A stretch of DNA of 62,765 nucleotides, counting the filler, from Chiloscyllium plagiosum (taxonomy: Eukaryota): the NCBI RefSeq assembly GCF_004010195.1. It is 3 parts of one record of this genome, joined end to end, with 100 filler letters (N's around TTAATTAATTAA, not from the genome) between each part and the next. Parts side by side here need not be neighbours in the genome. Positions count along the whole stretch, not along the records: positions 22,737 to 49,556 come from NC_057712.1; 2 more parts are not named here. The stretch is one strand, 5' to 3'. A program made the position numbers and the translations under genes. The notes beneath the pieces were generated by a model. That model made no database searches. It worked only from the letters and a program-made list of their open reading frames with translations, and was not told where the DNA came from. Every line of letters starts with the position of its first letter. The first letter of the stretch is position 1. Shown here piece after piece: positions 36,400 through 49,348 of this stretch.

Positions 36400-37700
36400 A
36401 TGGTAATTAAAAAGAAAAATTATTGCTTCCAGATATAGCTGGGACTTGGATGAAATTGAATGTTACGCTACTCAGATGCCTTTCCCTGCATATATTCCCT
36501 TTGTACAAAAAAACAATTGCCCATGACCATCAGCAATGAACAGCCATGAGATGGAATAATGTCTACCATCTGACTTGTAGGTGCGCTAAATCAATGCTTA
36601 GGCTACTGAACAAATGAATCCCATTTCAAGTCCATCATGCTTCCCAGCATCCAGTTGGGAGAGATTGGGCAGACTGAAGCTAATGAACAAATATGTCCTT
36701 TGCTAAATGTTTGGAAAACTAAGGTCCTCTTCCAACTTGCAAAACAGCTTCCTCAGTCAATTCAGATCCATAGTGAGAGCCTAGAAAATGTGGTCCATTT
36801 ACCATACCTTGAGAGCTGTCTCTTGACAAAGGCAGACAAAGGTGACAAATGTCATCATCACTTTCACTGAGCCAACACAGTTTTTGGGCTGACTGAAGAA
36901 TATTTGAGGAGTATGATCTCAAACTCAAGGCTAAATTGGGCTTATCTACAGTGGTTATCTCTGAAATTGTTTATGCTTCCTACCTATAGCAGGTAGCTCA
37001 AAACATTGTGGGCGGCACGGTGGCACAGTGGTTAGCACTGCTGCCTCGCAGCGCCAGAGACCCGGGTTCAATTCCCGCCTCAGGCGACTGACTGTGTGGA
37101 GTTTGCACATTCTCCCCGTGTCTGCGTGGGTTTCCTCCGGGTGCTCCGGTTTCCTCCCACACTCCAAAGATGTGCAAGTCAGGTGAATTGGCCATGCTAA
37201 ATTGCCTGTAGTGTTAGGTAAAGGGGTAAATGTAGGGGTATGGGTGGGTTACGCTTCGGCGGGTCGGTGTGGACTTGTTGGGCCGAAGGGCCTGTTTCCA
37301 CACTGTAAGTAATCTAATCTAATCTAATCTAATCTAATCTAATCTAATTGTACAAGTATCACCATTGCACCTTTTGTAACATTTTCAAAATCTTCAGGAA
37401 AAGCAGTGATTTCCCCAACCAATTTGCTCAGCATTGAGATGCAAATCAGTCAGAACCAGCCCTGCTGGTGGGGCATGTTATTTTTCTGCCTAGCACCAGA
37501 TACCAAAAGCAATTTGCTGCCATCAGAACTCAGTTGCAGCAGAAGATTCCAGGGAGACAAGGGAAAGAATCCCTAAAGAGATCAAATATATTAGCCAACT
37601 TGTGACTCTGATCAGAATGGAGAAGGCTCATTCAGGAAAGCACCAAACAATCCACCAACTTAATTGGCCATCTGAGGGTGGGACAAATGTCCAAATAACC
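36400..37700 (+). mobile_element. Decayed RTE-clade LINE split by the HE1 SINE
   Basis: KTKVLFQ...LENVVHLPYLESCLLTKAD (ORF 36637..36870) matches the RTE post-RT motif LE.VD.F.YLGS. Confidence 0.7.
37010..37346 (+). mobile_element. HE1-type V-SINE, full length and young
   Basis: A box TGGCACAGTGG (37021), B box GGTTCAATTCC (37065), V-domain CTGTGTGGAGTTTGCACATTCTCCCCGTGTCTGCGTGGGTTTCCTCCGGG, (AATCT)7 tail, CpGs retained, possible ATTGT TSD. Confidence 0.93.
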
Positions 37701-40700
37701 ATCAACATAATCTTCAAGCACTACCTACCCCTGCAAATTCAGTATTGCATCTGAAAAAGTTCTAAAGTAAGTCATCTAATATAAAAGCCTATACAACACC
37801 TGAGAACCCAAACATCAGACATACTAACACTGCTTATAATCTGCATATGCAGAATTTCTTATTTCATCTGTCTGTATGGTGACACCAGATACTTCCCGCA
37901 ACTCTCAGAAGAAAGAAATCTGAAACAACTTATCTCCCAACAGTTGGCATAAATGGAAATAAGTTTCTGTTGTTTGTCTTAATGTAAATGGTTTGTAGCA
38001 CTGAGCTCTCCCATCGTGATGCCTTTTGTAAAAGGGGAATATCTTTGCAATAAAGGAGTATGAAACATTGAAATTCTGAACTTGCTTTAAAGATTGATAG
38101 ATTTCAATAGGTTTATGTTTTTGACACTTTGATCTTCTTGATCTAGTCATCTTACTGTGAAGTACTACTTCTATTTACTTCTTTTGTGAAAAGATCATGT
38201 CTTTGAAATATGGTCTTCAGATCTTGGGATGATGTAGCAGCTTAAGAACCTTGTTCATTTTCCTGAGGGGAGTAAAGATTGTTTCTTTGATTTTCAGGCA
38301 ATAACGGTTCATTTAAAATCTCAGTTTAAGACCATAGTTGGAATACTTGGATCTTTGCCATCAGGAGTTTTAGATATATTTCAAGTATATGCAAGGGTAT
38401 TTTGGCTGATCTAGTATTGGAGGTGAATTTGTTGGGAAGAACAATTAACCATTCTTTACCATGAATATCAAGCATTTAGATGATATGTTGTGACTTGTGT
38501 AACTGATATGTGCTTTTTGTGTGTGTGTTTTGTTTCTGAATGCTTTGTTTTTCATGCTCTACAGCTCTCATGAAGGAAAGAGCTCATGCATGCTTCCTTC
38601 CAATATCATTGCTAATGATGAGTGGAGAATGTACAAAATCCAATTGCAGTTCTACTTACATCGATATCCAAGTTACGATGGCCACTCAACCAGCCAGGCT
38701 ATGTTGCCATTTACCGTGCATGTGAGCAAATGGCTCCATTTACATTTGCACACTGTTAGCATAGGCTTTATAGATGCTTTTCTTTCTTTCATCTGGGAGA
38801 TTTTTTTTTATAATATTAAAAAGTATAGATGATTGTAGGTGCTATCAGAATGTGAACTTAGCAATGATTGATTACATTTTTGGCATAGTTTCAGCATTTT
38901 AGACCAATTCAACAATACCCCTTGAAACTCTTATGTGAGTAATTGCAGTGATATAATACCTGACTGATGAACAATACGACTAGTAACAATGAAGCAAGGA
39001 GAAATTGACATCAGAACAGACGCTTTAAATGCAGGAATTTTTTTTACTCTTCAATATTTGTGATTATGATTTCATAATTTTAGTGTCAGCATCAAATGAT
39101 AGTGGATCAGATTATTGCACTGCTCAGAAATAGCATAAAGGAAACAGTGCTTTTTGGCTGCTGTAGCAAAGATTTATAACCCTTAAATTCAAAAGGTCCT
39201 ACCTACTGAGAATTTTTCCATTTTGCAGTCATGCTGTGTTAATAACACAAAACATGTTTCCTGTATGATCCTTAGCAGCTGAGAACTGCACCATGCATTT
39301 GAAAATGAGGATGACTAATATACAAGTTGAAAATGTTGGCAAAATATGAAGGAAAATGTTACTTCATGTAGGGAAGGAACAAGGGCAGCTAGGGATGGGA
39401 ATAAATGCTAGCCAGCCAGTGATGCCTAGTCCTACAAGTGAATAAAAAGAATACCTCCCTGCCATATTGAAGTTAGTAAAACCTTCAATCCTTGGTGCCT
39501 GTACAGGAGTTCTGGTTCAAAATAGTGCAAGTAGTACAAATAGCATTTAGTCATGCATGCAATAATGTTTGCAGTCAAAATACAGAGAACTGTTTGAAAC
39601 TGTGTGGCTCTCTGCTGGCATTTGTTGCTCCTATTTGTACGTCAGGTTGATTTAAACAAATCAGTTTCAACTGGGAATGGATTTATCATTAATATCACAA
39701 TAACATTTAAATATAAACCTGCATTTGAATCAGTCAGGATAAATTATCACCCATTTAATGGTCTCTGCTGGAATGACACAAGGTTTGTCCAAAGGCTGAG
39801 AAGTATTGTTTTAAATGGCTTTAATTGACAGGTTGTAAAGCTCTGTGGCCTCCTCTGAAATGTACACTTTCTCTCTCAATAGCTTTCCATCCTGTTGTCT
39901 CGCATTATCTACATACCTGGAGTTGATGAGTGAGATCAGACATTCATTCATATAGCAAATTAAATTACCATTAATTATTTGGATAGTGAAGTCATCTTGT
40001 TACAAAAACCATTTTTGCCATTTGTCTAAAAATCAGTGAGCAATTTCAACCTCCATTGAAACAAAGGAACAAATTGTAATTATTAGCCTATAACCAAGCA
40101 GGGCAGCCAATGTTTGGATGCAACTAGTGAAGTAATTATTCATTCACAGACAACCAGTGAAAAGATTGAACCTTTTCTTCCTCGTCATTGCTTTTTGGTT
40201 AGATTAGAGGGGGAAAAATCCATAAGGATCTTCATTCTGTCTTTTGTTTTCAACCCAACAGTAAAGGGGAAATTGGATACTCCTAAGATGCTTACCGATG
40301 GTTTAGACGCAGCTGAACAGGCAGGGCCTCACAGACATAAACAAATCTCAAAGGCCAAGATGAACTGTGACAACTGGAAGGACAGGGAGTGAAGCTACAT
40401 CTCGGGTCTAGTTTTAGTAGGTCCTTACTAACTTTCTGACTGATCATTTTGGAGTTTTTGGGAGTACAGGTAAAACAAAATGGAGAAAATTTTAGTTTAA
40501 AAACTCAGTTTAATTATACAAGTGAAACACAAAAATTAACAAGGGAATCTTTGTCATAACTGAATAAATCTGGCTGTTCACAGAAACTCAATGATCATAT
40601 ATGTATACAAATGAATTAAATCAGAATTTTATAGAAGGAAAATAATTTCTCTGCGTAGAGGAAATGACATTTAGGCACTGGTGATTGATACATGCTAGAA

Positions 40701-42209
40701 ATTTGTTTTCTTACTATATGTCAGTACTTGTGAAGGTAATTACACGATCCTTTAGCAGTTTATATTTATCAGTGTGTATCATTTCAGTAGGCATGAATAA
40801 CATTAATTTTCATAGAATTAATCACCTGAAGACTCAAATGCGATTACAAGTAAAAGCTGAGAGATTGGGTGGAACACTAGATTCCCAGACAGAGGTCTGG
40901 ATTGGAACTCGGGCCTGACAGAAGCTACAAACATAAATATGAAAGTTAATTTGATGTTACCCAATACCTCCTGGGAATGAGGTACTACACTACTACACTA
41001 AAGTCTAAATTTAGCAAACTCATTCGACCATGACAAAAAATGCTTATAGAATTTCAACAATAAATTATTGCTTGAAGATATATTCTTCTCAAGACAAAAT
41101 GGGATAAAAGTTGTTTCCAGTTACTGGAATTTGATAGGTGTTACTTAAGTGGGAGTAGGACCAATGGATGTCAGTGATGTTAAATGTTTGACTGGAAAAT
41201 TCAAGCTATTTTAAAGTTCACTTTTTTTTCTAATAACAAATATATGCTTTTTCTTGCTCAGGAAAATACCAGTCCTTAAAATTAATAGAATAGTTTGCTT
41301 CATTGTTGAAATAATGAATAGATCAAAGGCTCATGATCTTATTGACAAACTTTGAGACCAATGGGATACCAGACAGTTTGGAGTAAATATGGAATCTGAA
41401 GTCCTATGAGAATAATTGGAATGTTTTATCTTTGACAAAATAAATTTTATAGGATAAACAACTTATGGTAGCACTATTTTTAAGAGAAACTATTCAGTTG
41501 TTTGCAATGATTAACTGGAGCACTAAAATGGCCACAAAAGTAACTCCTCCCTGCACATGTGTAGAAGCAGCCATGATGTCAGCTGGCTATAACAGGCCAT
41601 GGAAGCATCAGCAGATGCGTTGCCAATGTCACTGCATTATGTGCGCAGTGATGTCAGCATCTACACGTGTGCAAATGGCAAGCCTACGACTGTCGTTGGA
41701 GACATTGAGGGTGAGGCAGAGATTCCTGTCCTTGATTGGGTATCTTCTCGCTGTCCAGCTGTCATTCATGTGGTAGAGGACATTTTGCAGGGTCAGTGCA
41801 AGAGCAGATGATAGACAGTTGCTTGTTCCTTGGATATCTAATCACTGATTTTTTTTTTGCCAGGTGGTTCTGGAAACATGTAGGCCCCAAACACTGGAAA
41901 ATAGCTTGAAACTGAAAACACAGATGAGGTTCCTCACATCGACTGGTTGCATTAACAATAAATTCCACCAATCGTTTTATCGTGACATCATACACAAGTA
42001 ATGTGCTGATACACTTGAATATAGCTATTATTTTATCTTGTGTTCATAAACAAATATTTATGTCTAAAACTATATATTATGAAGGCAACCCACCTTCAAA
42101 AACACAGGGATAAATCTTATTTTTCCTGTTGTTTAAGCACTGAGGTCACAGTTCAGTACCCACCCTGTCTTTTCTGAAGCAGGTAGGCCTCGCGCAGATT
42201 TCTTCCTAC

Positions 42210-42266
42210 CTTCTCAATTACAAGATAGTACACATTGAGCTGGTTGACTTCTGCAGTAGTGGCCCT
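42210..42266 (-). CDS. Internal exon (57 nt, phase 0 to 0): RATTAEVNQLNVYYLVIEK
   Basis: Acceptor T-run + GCTGTTTGCTCAG, donor AAG/GTAGGA (alternative donor at 42164). Only this frame is open. Confidence 0.7.
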
Positions 42267-42624
42267 CTGAGCAAACAGCAAAAAAAAAAGTGATGTTGTG
42301 CCGATGTCACATGGAGCGGCGATCCTCCTCTTTTTAAAGACAGTATGATCCATTTCAAAGAAAGCTACATTTAATTACCAGAGGCAGCTGTTGAATACTA
42401 TTGCTGCAATTTTGAATAAAGTATATGGGCAGTGAGCAAGAACTCTAGAATCAAAAATGTAGTGGAGGTGGATTAGATGAGAGACACAATGGTTCATTCA
42501 AGAGTCCTTGACCACAACCACTAGAAGAGATTGGGAATAGATTGTCAGTGAGTTAAATTCCTAGACTGCTAACTGGATTTAGGAACTTGCCAACAGTGCG
42601 ACAAGAAGTCTATTCCAGAGGTTT

Positions 42625-43625
42625 ATTAAATCATGGAGCATAGATAAGGTGAATTGTCAAGGTCTTTCCCCAGGGCAGGGGAGCCCAAAACTAGAGGGCA
42701 GAGGTTTAAGGTAGGATGGGAAAGATTTAAAAGGGATCTGAGGGGCAACCATTTCACAGAGGGTAGTGTGTATATGGAATAGGCTGCCAGAGGAAGTGGA
42801 TTAGAATGGTGCTGGAAAAGCACAGCAGGTCAGGCAGTGTCTGAAGAGCAGGAAAATCGACATTTCGGGCAAAAGCCCGTCATCAGGAATGAGGCAGGGA
42901 GCCTCCGGGGTAGAGAGATAAATGGGAGAGGGGTGTGGCTGGGGAGAAGGTAGCCAAGAGTACAATAGGGGGAAGGAGGTGGAGATGAAGGTGATAGGTC
43001 GGAGAGGAATGTGGAGTGGATAGGTGGGAAGGAAGATTGGCAGGTAGGACAGGTCATGAGATGGTACTCAGCTGGAAGGTAAGGTAGGGGGATGGGAGGA
43101 GAAAACACCTTACCCCAGTTCCAACCTTCCAGTTCAGCACCATCCTCATGACCTGTCCTACCTGCCGATCTTCCTTCCCACCTATCCGCTCCACCCTCCT
43201 CTCTGACCTATCACCTTCATCTCCACCTCCATCCACCTATNNNNNNNNNNNNNNNNNNNNNNNCCAGCCCCACCCCCCTCCCATTTATCTCTCCACCCTG
43301 AAGGCTCCCTGCCTCTATCCTGATGAAGGTATTTTGCCTGAAATGTTGATTTTCCTGCTCCTCGGATGCTGCCTGACCTGCTGTGGTTTTCCAGCACCAC
43401 TGTAATCTAGACTCTGATTTCCAGCATCTGCAGTCCTCACATTTGCCTGCCAGAGGAAGTGGTAGAGGCAGATACAATTACAATGTTTCAAAGACATTTG
43501 GACAGATACATGGATAGGAAAGATTTAGAGTGATATTGGCCAAGCACAGGCACGTGAGACTAGTTCACTTTAGGAAATCTAGTTGGCATGGACATGTTGG
43601 GCCGAAGGGCCTGTTTCCATGCTGA
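42625..43625 (+). mobile_element. CR1 3' end split by the fold-back element
   Basis: CR1 3' sequence stops at 42799 and resumes at 43447. Confidence 0.85.
42800..43446. mobile_element. Penelope-derived fold-back element with about 275-bp inverted arms, two hammerhead cores and 16-bp TSD
   Basis: Arms 42807-43080 / 43124-43400. Cores at 42857-42887 (-) and 43320-43349 (+). CTGCCAGAGGAAGTGG at 42784 and 43447. Confidence 0.88.
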
Positions 43626-44859
43626 TCAAGTTCAACGAAGCCATCATCACTTGACACCTCCTACCCACCACATCTCCAACTTCTTTCAATGCTAAGTGCA
43701 TCACAATCCCATCACTCATTCAGCAACAGACCATGGCACTCAGTACTCAAATTTAAATATTCAGATACTTCATTTAACCATCTGATGATATCAGCCTTAG
43801 AAGAGTTCTTCCGTGTATCTTCAGCTCTTCAACTATGGCAGGCACATTGCCTAAACACATTGCTACATAACATTTGACTTTTTTTTCTACTCCTTCAGCT
43901 CAATGTTGTGCATCATAGTAGGGAACAGAACAGAACTGACTGGTAAAAGGTCATTAGCATCTCCTGAGATACATTCTGGGGAAGCGGTAAGCAAGACCGT
44001 TGCATCCAGAGTTTCTGAGAACACTGAGTATGACAGTATTTTTTAGCTTATTGCCCCTTTTCACATTCCTGGATACTCTTATCACATTATTTTCATGAGG
44101 AGGAAGCTCCAGATATATATATATCGCCATCCCCAATGACGTGGGAATCCAACACATCAGTGCAAAAGATAAAGCTGAATCACTTGCATCCATCGTCAGT
44201 CATCTGTACCGAGTGGATTCTCCATATTTACTTTCCCTGAGGTTCTAGGTGTCACTTGCCTTTCTTCAGCCAGTTCAATTCACTTGGCATAATTTCAGGA
44301 AACTGCTGAAGGTTCAAATTGCTGGAATGGCTATGAATCCTGATGACATCCTGGCAATAGTACTGAAGACTTATGCACTGGAATTAATTACACCCTGATC
44401 CAGTATCGTTTAATACTGAAATCTGCCCACAAAAAGCAGAACAAATCTAACATGATCACTCAGTAGCTCATCAGTCTCCTGTCAATATTGCCAAAAGAAT
44501 GAAAGTAATGTTGGCAGTTCTTTGAAGCAGCACTTACTCAGCCATAAGGTGCTCACTGGAATTTAATCTCAGCTCTGCCAGGTTTGGCTTCTGACCAGCA
44601 TTACAGCCAAATATGGACAAAAAAGCTATACTCCATAGGTGAGATGAGAATGACTGCCCTTGACATCAAAGCAGTTTTTGACTGAGTGTGAATTTGAGTA
44701 CTAGCAAATCTGTAGTCACTGAAAACTGGGAGAACACTCGTCACTGATTGTTGTCAGACCATACATGAAGGAAATTGGCTATGGCTGTCAGTGGCCAAGT
44801 ATCTCTATCCCAGGATAATGATACAGGACTTCTTCAATGTAAATATTTTAAATAAACCT

Positions 44860-44932
44860 GATCTGGACCAGGTGGTATTTGAACTGGGTCTCTTGGCACA
44901 GATGTGGTGATACTACCGCTGTGCTACAAGAG
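44860..44932 (-). mobile_element. tRNA-derived SINE head
   Basis: Minus strand reads TAGCACAGCGGTAG...CAGTTCAAATACC (A- and B-box-like). Confidence 0.5.
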
Positions 44933-45726
44933 CCACAAGTTCTTCAGGGTAGTGTGCTAGGCCTAACTATGTTCACCTGCTTCATCAATGAACATCATCA
45001 CATCAGAGCATTAAAAATGGGCTACTCTTCTGATTGCACGATGTTCAATACCATTTGCAGCTCCTTAGATACTGAAGCAGTCCATCCATATGTGCAGCAA
45101 GATCTGGACGACAGACTTGCAAGTGGCAAATAACATAGCATTCATGGTACACAAATGCTAGGCAACGGTATTGCACCTGTTGAACTCCCATCGATATTTT
45201 GGGGTTACCACTGACTATAAACTGACCTAGAACAGCCATATGAATAATAAGGCTACAACAGCAGGTCAGAGACCGATAATCTGAGATGAGAAGTAACTGA
45301 CTACTGACTCCCCACGTAGGAAAAGCAGAGCCGGTCAGGCAGTATCCGAGAGGAGCAGGAGAGTTGATGTTTTGGGCATAGGCTGTTCATCAGCAATGTC
45401 TCCCCACATGCTGTCCACAATCTACAAGGCATGTTAGCATGGAATATTTCTCTGATATATTTATAGCTCAGCACCATTCAGGAAGCATCAGCACTACTTG
45501 ATTGGCATGGCAGCAATGTGTACCATATAAAAGGTGCACTGCAATATATCATCAAGATTCTTTTGACATCACTTTCCACATTCTTCAATAGAGTCATCCA
45601 AACACAAAAAAGGGCAGCAGATGCATAGGATCACCAATGAGTTCCACCCAAGCCACACACCATCTGACTTGGAATTACATGGTCATTCCTTCACTTTGGG
45701 ATTAAAATCAAAACTCTCTTCGCAGA

Positions 45727-46004
45727 GTTAAAAATCACACAACACCAGGTTTAATTGGGAGCACACTAGCTTTCGGAGCGCTGCTCCTTCACACAATTGT
45801 AAGACACAGAATTTATAACAAAAACTTTGTGTGATGTAACTGAAATTATACATCGAAAAATACCTTGATTGTCTGTTGAGATGAAGGAGCGGCTCTCCGA
45901 AAGCTAGTGTGCTTCCAATTAAACTGTTGGACTATAACCTGGTGTTGTGTGATTTTTAACTTTGTACATCCCAGTCCAACACCAGCATCTCCAAATCATG
46001 ACTA
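45727..46004. mobile_element. Fold-back Penelope-derived element (second family) with about 11-bp TSD
   Basis: Inverted arms about 45727-45791 / 45882-45961, each with TGAAGGAGC...CTCCGAAAGCTAG. Flanks CTCTTCGCAGA / CTCTTCACAGA. Confidence 0.8.
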
Positions 46005-46559
46005 CTCTTCACAGAAGCACGATTGGTATGCCTGCATCAGATGGATTGTAGTGGTTCCATTACCTCCTCCATAAAAGTAATTAAGGGTGGGTTACAGATG
46101 TTGGCCTAGTCTGTGATACCTGCGTCCCATGAATGAATTGGGGCCAAACTTTAGGGAGGACAAGAAGGTTCATGCACTTGAGAACTGTCCAGTCATAGCA
46201 GCCTAAGGAGAAATTAGAGCTGCTGCAACAATGAAGAGGCCTAGTTACTTAATCTGATATTTGCCTAGATATTGGCATTGTTTATACCATGGAGACAAGT
46301 TTAGAATTGGGTCATTGTAGGTTCTGTATGGAGGTTATGGCATCGTCAACACGACCATCATTTATTGCCTGGATGGCAGGTATAATCAATATACTGCTGT
46401 TGGTCTGTCATCAAGTGTAGGGCAGTTTTTTTAAATTCAGAGTCTGCTGTTTGCTCGCTTGTTATCTTGTGCTGCATACCCTTCTAGGGAGGTTTTTGGA
46501 TGGTGAATACCAGACTAGATAGGAATGGTGGATGACTATTCTGGCACTGATGTTAATGA

Positions 46560-48275
46560 GAAAGAAGAGGGAGGTGTAACAGTAAACCACTTTCAGATGA
46601 ATTATGTTGAAATTATTGTTTAGAACTGCTCTTTGTCCCATATGGAAGCTAAATACCTGCAAAGACCATATGAGCAGTGCTTCTAAATCCCATGTGTTTA
46701 CCCTTTCCAGTTTCCCTTTATACCTCTCAGCCTCCCATAATGATTCCCAGCATCACAGAAGTCATTCTTCAGCCAATTTGATTTACGCCATATGATATTA
46801 AGAAATGATTGGAGGCACTGAATAATGAAAAGGCTGCAGGCCCTGGCAACATTCTGGCAATTGTACGGAAGGCATGTCATCCAGAACTTGCTGCCCCCCT
46901 CGTCTAGCTGTTCTAGTACAGTTACAACACTGGCATCTACCAACAGTGTGGAAAACTGCCAAATATGTCCTGTACACAAAAAGTAGGAAAGTCCATTCCA
47001 GCCAATTACCACTGCATCGGTCTACTCTCAACCATCAGTAAAGTGATGGAAGGTATCACAATAGTGCTATCATGCAGCATCAGTCAGCTGGTGCCCAATT
47101 TGGGTTCCACCAGGGCCACTTAGCTTCTGGCCTCATTACAACCTTGGTTCATACATGGACAAAAGAAGTGAATTCCAGAATTGAGGTGAGAATGACAACT
47201 CTTGACATCAAGGCCGCATTTGACCCAGTTGTTATCAAGGAGCTTGAGAAAAATTGAAATCAGTGGGTATCTTCTACTCATTGGAGTTAACCTTACACAT
47301 AGGAAGATAGTTGTGATTGTTGGAGGTCAGTCATTTCAGCTCCAGGACATCTCTGCAGGAGCTCCTCAGTGTAGTATCTAGGCCCAACCATCTTCTTCAC
47401 CTTCTTCATCAATGACCTTCCCTCCATCTTAAGATCAGAATTGCAGATATGTAATCTTTGAATAATATTCAGCATCATTTGCAATGATTCAGATACTGAA
47501 ATAGCCCATGTTCAAATGTATCCAGTCTTTAGCTGCCAAGTGGCAAGAAATATTTGTGCTACACAAATGCCAGGTAATGACCATCTCCAGTAATAAGAGG
47601 CAATCTAACCACCATCCCATCACATTCATTAATGTTGCTGTCACTGAATCCCTACGATCAATACCCTAGGGTTATCATTGATCAGAAATACAACTAGACT
47701 CTGTATGTAAATACAGTAGCTACAATAGTAGTTCAGAGGTTAGGAATACTGCAACAATAATCCACCTCAACCCATCCCTTCCCCTAATGCTGTCCATCAA
47801 CTTGAAGGCATAGGTCAGGGGTATGGTATAATACTGTCCACTTGACTGAATGGGTGTAGCTCCAATAGCACTCGAAGCTTTACATAAGCAGCAAGCATCA
47901 TATCCACAAGCATCCACTCTCTTCATCACTGATGCTCAGTGTACTATCTACAAGATGCACTGTGGAAATTCAGTAAAGATCATTTAGACAGCACCTTCCA
48001 AACCCATGACCACTTGCATCTAGAAGGACAAGGGTAACACATACCTGATAGCAGTAGCACCACCACCACCAAGTTCCCCTCCAAGCCACTCACCATCCTG
48101 ACTTGGAAATATATTGCTGTTCATTCACTGTCACTGGGTCAAAATACTGGAATTCCCTTCCTAAAAACATTGAGTGTCAAACTACAGCACATAAATTCAT
48201 CACCACCTTCTCAGGGGCAATTAAGGATAGGCAATAAATGCTGGCCACTCATGTCTCGAAAGTGAATAAAAAGAA
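46560..48275 (+). mobile_element. L2/CR1-group LINE (second family) ORF2 and tail
   Basis: KAAGPGNILA, WKTAKICPVHK, AQFGFHQGH, TTLDIKAAFD, LGPTIF; tail GGCAATAAATGCTGGCC. Confidence 0.85.
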
Positions 48276-48907
48276 AATTCAACTGTTTTTCAACCACTTC
48301 TTCTTAAATGTTGTCATGGTTTCTGCGTCAGTCAATAACTGTTCAAATGCATTCTGTAGCCTCATAGCCCTTTGCGTAAAAATAAAAAAGCTTTTCTCTT
48401 TCATGAACTGAATTTGCTCACCTGTGTCCCATCGTTAATATTTGATACAATATTGTTTTCTATATTATCCCACCAAAAACCTGGAGTTTCATCACTCTCA
48501 GCACTGTGAGTATTCTAATGCCATGTGAACTGCAGTGGTTCAAACAGGTGGCTCACCACTTTCTCCAAGGCAATTAGAGATGGGCTAATAAGTTACAAAC
48601 AGCCTTTCTCATCTCATGAATAATTGTAAAAAAAATGATTATTCCCACACCCATTCTAATTGAATCTTACACTGTATCATATTATTCTTAAGCTGATTAC
48701 TCACATTTACTCCATCTATTTGTTACTTAGAGCTGTCAATGAAGGGGTAGCATGTAATTCTGGAAGAGTTAAGTGAGGTTTTGGATAATTGCTATATATG
48801 GAAATGCAAAACTTAAAATTAACATTGGCAAATGGAGAGCTAGTAGTAGCAATGAAGGGTTAATAGATCATTTGGACTTGGTGCAACATAAAGTGGTGGA
48901 GTCTTAA

Positions 48908-49348
48908 ATAGAACATTACAGCACAGTACAGGCCCTTTGGTCCTTGATGTTGCTACGACCTGTGGAACCAATCTGAAGCCCCATCTAACCTAAACTATTC
49001 CATTTTCATCCATAAGTTTTATTCAATGACCATTTAAATGCCCTTAAAGTTGGCGAGCTGACTGCTGTTGCAGGCAGGGCATTCCACACCCCGACTACTC
49101 TGAGAAAAGAAACTACCTTTGACATCTGTCCTATATCTATCACCTCTCAATTTAAAGCTGTGTTTTCTTGTGCTAGCTATCACCATCTGAGGAAAAAGGC
49201 TCTCACTAACTCTCTGATTATCTTATATGTCTCAATTAAGTCACCTCTTAACCTTCTTCTCTCAAAAGAAAACAGCCTCAAATCCCTCAGCATTTCCTCG
49301 TAAGACCTTCCCTCCATACCACGCAACCTCCTGGTAAATCTCCTTTGC
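48908..49348 (-). mobile_element. CR1 3' end
   Basis: SYEEMLRDLRLFSFERRRLRGDLIETYKII in ORF 49180..49422, plus tail. Confidence 0.9.

Larger units (their letters stand above)
44000..46140 (+). mobile_element. Decayed L2/CR1-group LINE (second family) with nested SINE and Penelope inserts
   Basis: TALDIKAVFD and QGSVLGLTMFTCFIN RT motifs; family tail at about 46080-46140. Confidence 0.75.

Noticed and set aside
37010..37085. tRNA-like sequence
   Set aside because: It is the SINE head, continuing into the V-domain and tail. It is not a tRNA gene.
38521..38832. 103-aa + strand ORF with a possible acceptor
   Set aside because: No recognisable domain, convincing donor or partner exons.
7889..42266. 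Resemblance of the spliced peptide to kinase (YYLVIE...LIHG), RluA pseudouridine synthase (GKTDRI) or GIY-YIG motifs
   Set aside because: These are three mutually incompatible weak matches, and the catalytic residues are not convincingly present. A profile search is needed.
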